64,000 bases of DNA from Nitrospirales bacterium (GTDB taxonomy: Bacteria > Nitrospirota > Nitrospiria > Nitrospirales > UBA8639), in NCBI GenBank assembly GCA_963555755.3, contig OY820905.2, forward strand, positions 2,752,001 through 2,816,000, in the 5' to 3' direction. Under the pieces are notes generated by a model. The model saw nothing but the letters and a program-made list of their open reading frames with translations. It was not told the DNA's origin and did no database searches. Both the position numbers and the translations under genes were made by a program. Shown in pieces: positions 21,102 through 30,803 of the stretch (positions within the stretch are counted from its first letter, which is position 1; each line of letters starts with the position of its first letter).

Positions 21102-21431
21102 TTAGGGAGCAAACGTTTCAGCAAGAACCGCCAAAACTTTTTGCGCGGCGGAAGATTTAATTTTCCCCAGTCGCCTCACCAACCGTTTTTTGTCTACCGT
21201 CCGAATTTGATCAAGGACGATGTAGCCTTTCTTTCCTTGGAAGGTCACGGGCACACGAGTAGGATAGGCACGGCCCTTGGTAGTCATCGGGGCAATAATC
21301 ACGGTATCAATGGTGTGGATCATCTCATCGGGAGAGATAACCAATCCGGGGCGGGTTTTACGAAGTTCGCGGCCAACGGTAGGATCTAACGTGACAAGGT
21401 GAACCTCAAAACGAGAAACTACCAAGTCCAT
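21102..21431 (-). CDS. mazF: Type II TA toxin, PemK/MazF endoribonuclease
   Basis: LDPTVGRELRKTRPGLVISPD, DQIRTVDKKRL; overlaps antitoxin 3' end. Confidence 0.92.
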   Translation of the reverse strand: MDLVVSRFEVHLVTLDPTVGRELRKTRPGLVISPDEMIHTIDTVIIAPMTTKGRAYPTRVPVTFQGKKGYIVLDQIRTVDKKRLVRRLGKIKSSAAQKVLAVLAETFAP

Positions 21432-21673
21432 TCAGTCCTATCCCATTCAGAATCGGAAGGTAGGAAAGGATAGAGAAGCTGGTCTTCATTCTTAGAAGCC
21501 ATTTGCTCAAATGACTGTTTCCAGCCTGTTCTTGGTTTAGTCAGAGACCGGATCACGAGTTGCCCGTTTTGTACTTCCAATTCAATGGAATCCTCTAATT
21601 GGCATTGTTTTAAAAGGGTTTTAGGGATCCGAATGCCACGAGAATTTCCGATTTTGACAACATGGGTTTTCAT
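21419..21673 (-). CDS. mazE: Type II TA antitoxin, AbrB/MazE family
   Basis: MKTHVVKIGNSRGIRIPK AbrB fold; C-terminal EWDRTEWTW. Confidence 0.9.
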   Translation of the reverse strand: MKTHVVKIGNSRGIRIPKTLLKQCQLEDSIELEVQNGQLVIRSLTKPRTGWKQSFEQMASKNEDQLLYPFLPSDSEWDRTEWTW

Positions 21674-21805
21674 GAAATCCACCAATAAAGTTTTTTTAAT
21701 AATTACTTTGTAATTACATCAGAAACCCGTAAGTGTCAAGGCAAGCCAAGAACCACACTTTTTTAAGTGGTTGGTCATCCAATTCATATCAAATCTTTGG
21801 ATGCT

Positions 21806-22016
21806 CCCGCCTTCTGCGTGGCCGAGAAGCGCACCCGAGCCCGGCAGTTCGGCGAGCACTGTCTGAGCGTAGCGAGTTGCGCAGCCGCCGGGCTCGGGGT
21901 GAATCGCAGGGAATCCGAAGGACCACGCAGGGCGAAAGTGGTTTTGGGTCCTTTTGCCGAAACAAAAGAGCTGAGCCAACGCCGAAGGAACCTCGTCGGC
22001 TGGGGCGAAACCCCGC
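21806..22016 (+). repeat. Structured repeat family E, copy E1
   Basis: TCGGCGAG..CTGTCTGAGCGTAGCGAGTT core, GGTTTTGGGTCCTTTTGCCGAAACAAAAG hairpin, terminal GGGGCGAAACCCC; homologous to 49011, 49974, 51687. Confidence 0.8.
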
Positions 22017-22151
22017 ATATACTCACTTTGAACCAATCCTGAATCAAATAGTTCAAAAAACCCCTATCTCCTGCCACCTGACCTTCTTACCCCTCCCCCC
22101 CCTAATTCGGGGGGTGTTTCACCCTATGGTATCGCTTTCCGTTTCGTTCAA

Positions 22152-22181
22152 TTGACCGCTAAAAAAACCGTGTGGTATCGT
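22152..22181 (+). promoter_or_regulatory. Candidate sigma70 promoter for the HEAT-repeat operon
   Basis: TTGACC-N18-TATCGT with TG extended -10. Confidence 0.4.
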
Positions 22182-22322
22182 GGCATGATTAGGTGTTTTC
22201 CCGTTTTTTCGCTGCCTGGGCTTATTTAGCAAATAGTGGCCAGTGCAAGAAATAATGAACGGAAACAAGCCTTATCCAAATTTTTAAAGAAAGTTGCCCC
22301 AAAAACCTAATGGGACTGTTGA

Positions 22323-23417
22323 ATGGCTGATTATGTTGGTGAACAGATTGCGGCGTTACGGGATGAAGATTGGGGTATTCGAGAGGATGCCGCCCTGGCG
22401 TTGGGGCAATCCGGTGATTCACGAGGAGTTCGCCCGTTGATTGAGGCATTACGAGATTCTGACAAAGCGGTTCAAACGGCTGCCACATCAGCTCTTAGCT
22501 CCATTGGGGCATCGGCTGTCGTGGATTTGGGAAGTTGCTTGCGTGATCCGGACTTGTCGGTTCAAGAAGCTGCGGCTTCCATTTTATCATCGATTGCGGA
22601 TGAACGAGTCGTTGAGCCCTTAATGTCGGCCTTGTTAAGTGAAGACTGGGTCGTCCGCATGCACGCGGCACGTGCAATTGGTCGCATGGCCAGTTCACAG
22701 GCGGTGGACACGTTGGTCCTGCTCCTTCAGGACAAAGTCCCCTCCGTTCGTGATGAGGCCATGATTGCGCTGAAAGCGATCGGGGAACAGGCTGTGTTAC
22801 CCCTGCTGACCGCCCTTAGGGATAAGAACTGGCGAGTGCGGCTCAAGGCCACCGAGGCCTTAGGTGTGTTGGGATCGAAAACGACAGTGCAGCCGCTTTT
22901 GGATATCGTCAAAGAGGATCCGGATACCGCTGTTCGTCAAGATGCAATTCGAGCACTTGGCACTATCGGTGATCCGTCCGCGACGGAACCGTTACTACGA
23001 GAACTGGACACACCTCGCCACCAGATACAAGCGATAGAAGCGTTAGGCAAAATTGGTGACCGGCGAACGGTGCCGACTCTCATGAAGTTGGTCACCCTTT
23101 TGGACCCAAGCCAGTATGAAGGACGGGCTCCTTCCTGTGAGGATGAACGGTATGAGAGGGATTTGCCTGTAGTGGAATCGGCCATTCGTTCGCTGGCGCA
23201 ATTAAAGGATGATCGAGCCATTCCGGTACTCATTCAGGCACTTCAAAGTACGCTCGTTCGAAAAGAAGCAGCAGAAGCGCTAAGCGCATTGGGCAGCAAG
23301 GCAGCGATTCCCCCTCTGTTCGAGCTTTTTAAGAAGGAACCGGACGAAAACATACGATTTTATGTAAAAGATACCCTCATGCGTCTGGGTTGGAACCCCA
23401 ATCGGATCCGACTCTAG
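22323..23417 (+). CDS. HEAT-repeat (PBS lyase HEAT-like) protein
   Basis: Repeated L-x-D-x-x-W-x-VR-x-x-AA-x-ALG units. Confidence 0.9.
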   Translation: MADYVGEQIAALRDEDWGIREDAALALGQSGDSRGVRPLIEALRDSDKAVQTAATSALSSIGASAVVDLGSCLRDPDLSVQEAAASILSSIADERVVEPLMSALLSEDWVVRMHAARAIGRMASSQAVDTLVLLLQDKVPSVRDEAMIALKAIGEQAVLPLLTALRDKNWRVRLKATEALGVLGSKTTVQPLLDIVKEDPDTAVRQDAIRALGTIGDPSATEPLLRELDTPRHQIQAIEALGKIGDRRTVPTLMKLVTLLDPSQYEGRAPSCEDERYERDLPVVESAIRSLAQLKDDRAIPVLIQALQSTLVRKEAAEALSALGSKAAIPPLFELFKKEPDENIRFYVKDTLMRLGWNPNRIRL

Positions 23418-23451
23418 AGTTAAGGACAGGTAGGGGACCCAGGATAATACG

Positions 23452-24549
23452 ATGCCAAAAGAAACCGTTGAAATTATCATCACCGAGTTGGCCCATGAAG
23501 AAGATTGGCGCCGAATGCGAGCCACAGCCACCAGTTTAAAAGGTGGCCCCAAAGTCGTGGATCTCATCATTAAGGAAATTCAGGTCGGATCCCCTTCCTA
23601 TAAAGTTGCCGCAGCGAAAATGTTGGCACGAATTCGAGACCCCAGGGCTGGAGTCCCTCTGGTGAACTTATTGGGCGGGGAAGAGGAAGGCGTTCGGGAT
23701 GCGGTCGTTGAGTCCTTAGAGCAGATGGCCGGGATTCTTGATGAACCCACCGCAGCAGCTCTTGTTGATCTGTTAAAAACCGAAGCCCTTCGATCGGTCG
23801 TGACGTCCTTATTGGGAGTGATTCCAACCTCTATTGGTCCGTTAACCGCAATGTTGAAAGATCCTGATGAAGAGGCACGGGTACAGGCTGCGGATATTCT
23901 CGACCATTTACTGGATCCCCGGTCCGCGGATGCGTTAGTTGATGCGATGGCTGATCCGGCGATTCAGAATACGGCAGTCCAGACATTGAAAAAGCTTGGG
24001 GCGGTTCGCGATCGCATTGATCAGGTGATGAACCGATTAAGCAGCGTAGAAGAAACTGAACTTCGGGAAGGCGCTCGGCAGGAAGCTGTGTTTAGCCTCC
24101 ATCCGATTGGCCGTCCGAGTGTCGAGATCCTCATTGAATATCTTGAAGATGACGATTGGGTCGTGCGTGAGGCCGCCGCTGATGTTTTGGGAAAAATCGG
24201 GGATGTGCGAGCTGTGGAACCGCTTATTGAACGGTTGCGGAATGACCAGGATACCGGCGTGAAAGAATTAGCCGCGAAAGGGTTGGGGCTCATTGGTGAT
24301 TCCCGACCCGTTGACTTGCTCGTTGAAATGATTCCCATCAAAGTTCTTCGTATACTCGCGGTGGAAGCGTTGGAAAAGATCAAAGATATTGAAGCCTTGC
24401 GGCCTCATGCCGAGATCTTTAAACGATTAAAAACTGATCGTGATGGCTTGGTGTCCTATAATTCCGGAATAATTGTGGATAAGTTGGAAGCCGCTGCGGC
24501 TCAATTGGACGAAGATTTTTGGCTAGCGAAGGAGAATGTGAATGGCTGA
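23452..24549 (+). CDS. HEAT-repeat protein
   Basis: LEDDDWVVREAAADVLGKIGD and related repeats; overlaps next gene. Confidence 0.9.
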   Translation: MPKETVEIIITELAHEEDWRRMRATATSLKGGPKVVDLIIKEIQVGSPSYKVAAAKMLARIRDPRAGVPLVNLLGGEEEGVRDAVVESLEQMAGILDEPTAAALVDLLKTEALRSVVTSLLGVIPTSIGPLTAMLKDPDEEARVQAADILDHLLDPRSADALVDAMADPAIQNTAVQTLKKLGAVRDRIDQVMNRLSSVEETELREGARQEAVFSLHPIGRPSVEILIEYLEDDDWVVREAAADVLGKIGDVRAVEPLIERLRNDQDTGVKELAAKGLGLIGDSRPVDLLVEMIPIKVLRILAVEALEKIKDIEALRPHAEIFKRLKTDRDGLVSYNSGIIVDKLEAAAAQLDEDFWLAKENVNG

Positions 24550-25297
24550 TAGTGATCGGATAGAACAACTGTTATTATCGCTCCGCGATGAGAATGAAGG
24601 TTTGAGAAATCATGCGGCTACAGGACTTGGGCAAGTCGGAGAGTCCGCAATTCCTAAATTGATTGAGTTGTTTGAGGATGATGATTTAGTGATACGGGAG
24701 GCCGCAGTGAGCGCCGTTGTCCAAGTCGGCGAACCGGCTATTGCCCCGCTCATTGAAGCGCTTGAGGAAGATGGATGGGCCATTCGCGAACAAGCCGCCT
24801 CGGCATTGGGAAAGCTGAAAACTCCTGAAGCGGTGGATCCATTGGTGAAAGCGCTGAAGGATAAAGATGGTGGGGTGCGAACAGCAGCCGTCTGGGCATT
24901 AGAACGGATCGGGGATGCTCGCGCGGTTCCTGGCTTGGTTGAATGTCTGATGGATAAAATGCTCAGCGAAGATGTTGCCCGCGTCTTGAAAAAAATTGGC
25001 GATGAGCGCGCCACGGATGCCTTGATTGATGGGTTGCAAGGACCGAATTGGATCGTGCGTCGCCATGCAGCGGAGGCACTTGGTAAGATTGGCGATGCCA
25101 AGGGATATGGTGCGCTGGTTGAAGCGCTGTCTGACGAAGACTGGTTGGTCCGGCGGAATGCCGTCGAAGCCTTGGCGCGGTTTGGTGATACACGGGCGAT
25201 CGAGCCCGTGGTTCTGTTACTTGAAGACGAAAACGAAATGGTTCGAGATACCGCAGAAGGTGTGTTGGTAAGCTTGGGATGGAAGCCCAAGACGTGA
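24542..25297 (+). CDS. HEAT-repeat protein
   Basis: About 7 tandem HEAT-like repeats; AAGGAG SD. Confidence 0.9.
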   Translation: MADSDRIEQLLLSLRDENEGLRNHAATGLGQVGESAIPKLIELFEDDDLVIREAAVSAVVQVGEPAIAPLIEALEEDGWAIREQAASALGKLKTPEAVDPLVKALKDKDGGVRTAAVWALERIGDARAVPGLVECLMDKMLSEDVARVLKKIGDERATDALIDGLQGPNWIVRRHAAEALGKIGDAKGYGALVEALSDEDWLVRRNAVEALARFGDTRAIEPVVLLLEDENEMVRDTAEGVLVSLGWKPKT

Positions 25298-25398
25298 TAG
25301 AAAAGACTATTCGGTTAAGAGACAATTCAGAACAAGAAATTGCAAGGTAGTCAACACGGTGGTGTTCGGCACCTGAATATGAGGGAGGAGAAGTACCC

Positions 25399-26073
25399 AT
25401 GGCAGATCCAGTAAAGCTTTTTCAAATATCTCCGAAGCACGCCAAAAAAGGCGAGGGGTTCAATATTGTGACAGAAAATGTCACGGCGATTAATCTGGAG
25501 GCACATCAAATTGAGATTGAGTTGTTAGCCTACGATGGCAAGACCGTATTGCTCGATGTGGCAGAGGAAGCGTGGGAAGATCTTCAGCGGATCAAAACCG
25601 GTGACGGGGCCACGCTTCGGGTCATTGAAGTAGAAGGCAAACGGTTTGTGAACCAATTCCGTATTCGTACCAAAGACCCCAACATGGTTAAATTGGATTC
25701 GGCATTGATGGATCTCAAGGATACCCATTGGCTCAACCGCAAATATGCCGTAGAAGTATTGGGCGAACTCAAAGCTGTCGAAGCTGTTGATGAATTAGTG
25801 GCCTGTCTGGAAGATGATGTGGGGGATGTGCGGAACCGATCATATGATGCGCTGATCAAAATCGGAGCCCCCTCGGTTTCAAAAATCATTCCGTTGTTGG
25901 TCTCTGAAGAAGATGAGCTACGTCAAAATGCCACGGAAATCCTTCGGAAGATTGGCAAGCCGGCTGTGGAGCCTTTGGCCACAGCGCTCGTGGATGCAGA
26001 CGCCGCCCTGAAAAAACGGATTATGAAAGTCTTGGATCGAATGGGATATAAACCGAAGGAAGCCACTGCGTGA
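25399..26073 (+). CDS. Protein with N-terminal beta-rich domain and C-terminal HEAT repeats
   Basis: Strong GGAGG SD; first ~90 aa beta-rich, then LKDTHWLNRKYAVEVLG and LEDDVGDVRNRSYDAL repeats. Confidence 0.85.
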   Translation: MADPVKLFQISPKHAKKGEGFNIVTENVTAINLEAHQIEIELLAYDGKTVLLDVAEEAWEDLQRIKTGDGATLRVIEVEGKRFVNQFRIRTKDPNMVKLDSALMDLKDTHWLNRKYAVEVLGELKAVEAVDELVACLEDDVGDVRNRSYDALIKIGAPSVSKIIPLLVSEEDELRQNATEILRKIGKPAVEPLATALVDADAALKKRIMKVLDRMGYKPKEATA

Positions 26074-26146
26074 GGCGTAAGATGGAACCCCGTAAGGGGT
26101 AAGGACCTTTCTTTATTCCTTACCCTTCCGGGGTTCGTCAACTATC

Positions 26147-27478
26147 TTAGGATGACTTCAGCGGATTGATTCCTGCTGAGGCCCGTCCTACCGAGACATA
26201 GTAAAAACCTTTTTCTGCCACTTTCTCCGGTTCGTAGACATTCCGAAGGTCAATCAAAATTGGTGCCCGAAGCAGTGTTTTCATTTGGTCAAAGTCTAGG
26301 TTTCGGAATTGGTTCCATTCCGTAGCGAGGACAATGGCATCAGCTCCATCTGCGGCATCGTAGGCATCTTTACATCCTATCAGTCCTGTGAGGTTTTTCA
26401 CCGATTCCTCTTGGCCTTCAGGATCGTGGGCTCGCACGGTACAGCCTTCCTTCATCAGATGTTCGGCAATCATGAGTGCCGGGGAATCGCGTAAATCGTC
26501 CGTGTTGGGTTTAAAAGACAGCCCCAACAATGCGATCGTTTTCCCTTGCACACCATCCAGGGTCTCTCGAATCTTATCAACCATCCGGCCGCCTTGTTGT
26601 TCATTCACGCGTTGGGCAGTGGCGGCCAACTTCATTTCATAGCCAGCTTGTTCTCCAATGTGCACGAGGGCTGCCGTGTCCTTACCAAAACACGATCCAC
26701 CATAACCAGGACCCGCGTGCAAAAACTTTGAACCAATCCGTTTATCCAACCCCATGGCTTTCGCCACGGTTTGCACATTGGCATCCACCAATTCGCACAA
26801 ATTGGCCACTTCGTTGATAAAGGAAATTTTGGTCGCCAAGAATACGTTAGACGCATACTTGATCATTTCCGCGGTAGGAACATTCGTAATAACTATTGGG
26901 GTCTCAAGCAAGTACAAGGGGCGATACAGATCCTTCATGATCGCGGCTGCCTGATCGCTATCCACGCCAATGACGACACGATCCGGTCGCATGAAGTCTC
27001 CAATTGCCGAACCCTCGCGTAAGAATTCAGGATTCGAGGCCACATCAAAATTAATGGGTCTGGCTTGATTGCTCTTGATCAATTCCCGCACACGTTTGGC
27101 TGTACCCACCGGAACGGTCGATTTCGTCACCACGACCTTATACCCAGTCATCCGGCTGCCGATGCTTCGCGCCACTTCATCCACGTAGGAGAGGTCGGCA
27201 GAACCGTCAGGCCTGGAAGGGGTCCCGACCGCGATAAAGATCACCAGTGCGGTATCCAGAGCGGAATTCAAATCCGTGGAAAATTTCAAGTGTCCTGATT
27301 TGCGACCTTTGGCCACCAATTCGGCTAACCCAGGTTCATAAAACGGCACTTCGCCATTTTCTAATTTTTCAATACGTGTCGGGTCTACATCCATGCACGT
27401 GACGGTTAAACCGAATTCTGCAAAGCAGGCCCCTGTCACTAATCCCACATACCCCGTTCCAAGTACGCTAATATGCAT
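26147..27478 (-). CDS. ugd: UDP-glucose/GDP-mannose dehydrogenase family (UDP-glucose 6-dehydrogenase)
   Basis: GTGYVG, KSTVPVGT, SNPEFLREG, GYGGSCFGKD (catalytic Cys), FKPNTDDLR. Confidence 0.93.
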   Translation of the reverse strand: MHISVLGTGYVGLVTGACFAEFGLTVTCMDVDPTRIEKLENGEVPFYEPGLAELVAKGRKSGHLKFSTDLNSALDTALVIFIAVGTPSRPDGSADLSYVDEVARSIGSRMTGYKVVVTKSTVPVGTAKRVRELIKSNQARPINFDVASNPEFLREGSAIGDFMRPDRVVIGVDSDQAAAIMKDLYRPLYLLETPIVITNVPTAEMIKYASNVFLATKISFINEVANLCELVDANVQTVAKAMGLDKRIGSKFLHAGPGYGGSCFGKDTAALVHIGEQAGYEMKLAATAQRVNEQQGGRMVDKIRETLDGVQGKTIALLGLSFKPNTDDLRDSPALMIAEHLMKEGCTVRAHDPEGQEESVKNLTGLIGCKDAYDAADGADAIVLATEWNQFRNLDFDQMKTLLRAPILIDLRNVYEPEKVAEKGFYYVSVGRASAGINPLKSS

Positions 27479-27702
27479 AACAACCTCTTAAAAAGTGAGA
27501 ACTAATAGAAACACTGTACTAATTCCAATGGTTTATTCAAAAACTGAGAACGACAATTCCAGGTTCCCATTCAGATCCCCTTAAGTCAATGCCTTGGGGC
27601 TTTGGTCTCCGAGGAAACACTCAATAAATCGGCATCAGGGTGTCGAAACTTAAGCAAACAAGCATGTACCTGAAATTACGGCCAAAAGACCCTGATCCCT
27701 CC

Positions 27703-27732
27703 TTGACACGGTATTATTACGGAAACTAGAAT
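27703..27732 (+). promoter_or_regulatory. Sigma70 promoter of tRNA-Gly
   Basis: TTGACA-N18-TAGAAT upstream of the tRNA. Confidence 0.6.
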
Positions 27733-27759
27733 CGAAATCTACCTAACTTTATCTGGAGA

Positions 27760-27834
27760 GCGGGAATAGCTCAGTGGTAGAGCATCGCCTTGCCAAGGCG
27801 AGGGTCGAGGGTTCAAATCCCTTTTCCCGCTCCA
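27760..27834 (+). tRNA. tRNA-Gly (anticodon GCC)
   Basis: GCGGGAA...CGCCT-T-GCC-AAGGCG...GGTTCAAATCC...TTCCCGC-TCCA. Confidence 0.96.
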
Positions 27835-27840
27835 ATCTTT

Positions 27841-28032
27841 TCAAGGACTTCCAGTGGAAGAAGAGAAAGCCGAATCGGTAGGGGTTAGATAGGTGTTAAG
27901 TTTGGAAGCGGCTTTGAGAAGATCGCCTTCAGAAATGCCGTTATAACGCCTGTGCATCTGCTCAGATTTATGGCCCACAATTTTCATGGCCGTAATCGTG
28001 TCTGCCCCAGCTCGCCGAAGGTTTGTAGCTGC
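27841..28032 (-). pseudogene. Tyrosine integrase C-terminal remnant
   Basis: AATNLRRAGADTITAMKIVGHKSEQMHRRYN...* has the GH and catalytic Tyr box; cut off at an IS5-type end at 28034. Confidence 0.8.
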
Positions 28033-28033
28033 A

Positions 28034-28941
28034 GGCGTTGTTGCATAATTGGCCTGTAATGTTGGGTGTCGTTACAATGGCTCATGACACACAACGCATA
28101 TAATTTCCGATACCGTGTTTGTCAATGGCACCACTATAATCAGGCCCTCATAGGTCGGGGCGGAATTACCTTCTGGATCGACAAAGCCGCACTAACGACG
28201 TGGCCAAACACCCAGGGTCACAGTGGAGCTGGTGCACCTAGGATCCACTCGGATACGGCGATACCATGCGCAGTGGTTGTGAAGAGTGTTTACCACTTCA
28301 TCCTGCGGGCCGCTCAAGGGTTTGTATCCTCGGTGATGAGTCTCATGAGACTCGACCTGCCGGTGCCGAACTATAGCACAGTTTGTCGGCGACAAGGCTC
28401 ACTCAAAGTCCCAATTTTATCCTCACCAAATAACAGGCCCCGTCACATTGTCATTGATGCCACAGGTCTTCGGGTCTACGGAGCAGGGGAGTGGTCCGTC
28501 CACGAGCATCGAGGCAGTCGACGACGGATCTGGCGCAAACTTCATCTGGGATTCGATAAACACACTAAAGAGATTGTGGCTGTTGAGATTACCGCAAGCC
28601 ACGTTCATGATAGCCTGATGCTTCCTTCGTTGTTGATGCAGATTCCCGGTAAGGTGTATCAGGATTCCGGGGATGAGGCCTACGACACCAAGGCCTGCTA
28701 TGAATCCGTTGGCCAGAGCCGAGCGAAAGCCACAATTCCCCCTCGGCGTATCGCGAAGCGGATGAAGTGTTCTCACCCTCCCGAAAAGCTCGCCCTCCGG
28801 GATACCAATCTTCGTCATATTCAGCAGCAAGGCCGGTATGGCTGGTGCCTAGCCAGTGGTGGTACACAACAGAGTTTGGCGGAGAATGCCGTGTTTCCGT
28901 TTAACCTAGAAACGGCAGTTGGGCGCAAAAAAGCCGTGTAA
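28034..28941 (+). pseudogene. Degenerate IS5-family (IS903-like) element, left end plus C-terminally truncated transposase
   Basis: Left end GGCGTTGTTGCA; VPNYSTVCRR, IDATGLRVYGAGEW, WRKLHLG, GDEAYDT, SLAEN motifs; no right TIR found. Confidence 0.75.
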
Positions 28942-29277
28942 GGTATTGGCGTACATGGTGAAATAAAAAAAGTCGAGGTCACCTCGGTGGTGATGAGACA
29001 TTTTTTTATTTTGCCAGGTGCGTCAAGAACTTGCGCGGACTTTTGTGATCCAACTGCTGTTTCTAGGTTTAATGCTCTCTTCGGCCCAAAACTGCAAGCT
29101 CGGCGGTTTAAAATCAGAAGGGGGAAGGACTGATGAAACGCGACATTTTAAATCGAATGACGAGTTTGGGTATGCCGATGTCAGAGAGAATTTATTGAGC
29201 CGGCGAACGAGGCCGCAAAACCAGCTGCGATTGTGAAGTATGCAACAACGCCTCCTTTCAAGGAAAGGAAACTTGCA

Positions 29278-29937
29278 ATGAGCCACGCGTACTGTGACCA
29301 GGTCACTTCTCTCTGCAGAGGGAAGCGTTTCCCCGTTTTGTCTTTCCTGACGTGTCTTTTTGTGTTGTTCATGCATCAAGGTTCTGTTACGGCCGTAGAA
29401 TCGGGTTCAGCTACCGAAGCCGTCAAGGAAACGATCGATCAGGTCTTGGTCATTCTTGGTGATGAAAAAATCAAAAAACCTGAGCATACCGATGAACGTC
29501 TCGCAGCTCTGGAAAAAGTGATAGCCAAACGGTTTGACTATGAAGAAATGGGGAAGCGCACGCTAGGCCGTACATGGAAAACGTTGAACGCCGCCCAACA
29601 GAAGGAGTTTGTAGAATTGTTCCAAGTATTCCTGTCGAATACGTATGCCGGAAATGTAGATGGATACTCAGGAGAGCGGGTGGAGTATATTAAGGAGCGT
29701 CGCAAGGGAAAATTCGCGGAGGTCCAAACCAAGGTCATTTCGGAAAAGTCTGAAGTGCGGCTTGATTATCGCCTTCTGAAGAATTCTAACTCATGGCGTG
29801 TCTATGATGTGGTCATCGACGGAGTCAGTTTGGTCAAGAATTTCCGTGGACAGTTTGCCCGGATCATCAAAACGACTGGACTTGAGGGTCTCCTAAAAAA
29901 ACTTCGTTCTAAGATCGCTAAAACAGCAGTGAAATAA
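29278..29937 (+). CDS. mlaC: MlaC/Ttg2D family periplasmic phospholipid-binding protein
   Basis: Signal-like N-terminus, FDYEEMGKRTLG, WRVYDVVIDGVSLVKNFRGQF. Confidence 0.85.
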   Translation: MSHAYCDQVTSLCRGKRFPVLSFLTCLFVLFMHQGSVTAVESGSATEAVKETIDQVLVILGDEKIKKPEHTDERLAALEKVIAKRFDYEEMGKRTLGRTWKTLNAAQQKEFVELFQVFLSNTYAGNVDGYSGERVEYIKERRKGKFAEVQTKVISEKSEVRLDYRLLKNSNSWRVYDVVIDGVSLVKNFRGQFARIIKTTGLEGLLKKLRSKIAKTAVK

Positions 29938-30327
29938 TTTCTCTTCTGCAGGCGTTGTTGCACAATTGGCCAGTCGTTTTGGATGTGTGTCTCGAATTTC
30001 TGGTCTTCCCCAAATAGTGAGAAATTTTAATGGACTTTTGAGGGGAAGGAATTTATAGAAAGGACAGGCTTGGCCCCCTATGCAGGAGCTGGCGAGGCTC
30101 TCGTTTTGCCGAGCCGGTGAGGGCCGAGGGTTCAAATCCCTTTTCCCGCTCCAAATTTCCTTCATTGCGTTTCCGAACTACTTACATTTCACCATGAGCT
30201 AGAAAATTTTCTGGATTTGAACCCACGACCGTGGATTTGAAAAGGGGTGTGTCCCCGTTGCGGAGTGTTCAGGGGGTCAGCCAATACTCTGAACCTCAAA
30301 GGCTTCCTCAATGGGTGTAGCTTTGTC

Positions 30328-30483
30328 CTAAAGACTGCCCGGAGGGCCGAGAATATTCTGAGTGTCCTGTGGGCAACTCATGGCAGCCTGTTCAGGTCCA
30401 TCAGGAACCCATCGTTTGAGCATGGTAGCCAAAACTTCTGCCGTAATCGGTTTCGCGATATAATCATCCATCCCAGCTTCCAA
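30328..30483 (-). pseudogene. Receiver-domain C-terminal fragment (hybrid kinase/response regulator)
   Basis: LEAGMDDYIAKPITAEVLATMLKRW...*; upstream part replaced by repeat DNA. Confidence 0.7.
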
Positions 30484-30485
30484 AT

Positions 30486-30633
30486 TCTCGGCCTTCGGGC
30501 TCACCGACTTGGCGCTCTTCGCACCGTTCGCGTGGCGAGCGCCCTTTTTGAACAGTCCCTTCTCCTTCTGCCGCTTGAGGGTAGGTGTCAGGGAAGCCTG
30601 CTATCGGGAATTTTTTGAATTATTCAACAGGCC
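30486..30633 (+). repeat. Truncated relative of MITE family A
   Basis: CTTTTTGAACAGTCCC inner end and GAATTATTCAACAGGCCC outer end as in A1/A6; different interior. Confidence 0.55.
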
Positions 30634-30803
30634 CATTCAGCCTGAATTTCGCAGTAGGAGATGTGATCTGTTACTCATCGCTCGTGGTCCATATCTCGCT
30701 GTTAGCGAGCGACGAACGACAAAATGATGAAGCACCATCAAGGCGAGTTCAACTGCCATTTCTTAGGTTGAAGCACGGCGGAAAAGAATCTAAGGACCTG
30801 AGG

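Larger units (their letters stand above)
27800..30153. mobile_element. Decayed genomic islet integrated at tRNA-Gly (attL/attR)
   Basis: 35-bp tRNA 3' end GAGGGTCGAGGGTTCAAATCCCTTTTCCCGCTCCA (27800-27834) repeated with one mismatch at 30119-30153; integrase remnant inside. Confidence 0.8.

Noticed and set aside
21719..22155. Several overlapping 90-140-aa ORFs, and similar ones at 48989-49318, 49859-50206, 50320-50545, 35648-36143 and 63745-63960
   Set aside because: They are translations of palindromic repeats (families A, D, E) and are open on both strands for that reason
22312..22324. GGGACTGTTGAAT, identical to a family A outer TIR, overlapping the first HEAT gene start
   Set aside because: No partner TIR, core or target duplication; it may just be the ribosome-binding region
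24610..25290. 226-aa antisense ORF and other long shadow ORFs (e.g. 4798-5809, 47563-48213)
   Set aside because: Antisense to well-supported genes with no motifs of their own
30061..30153. Possible second tRNA-Gly
   Set aside because: Only the T-arm and acceptor 3' strand match; no D or anticodon arm, so treated as an att site
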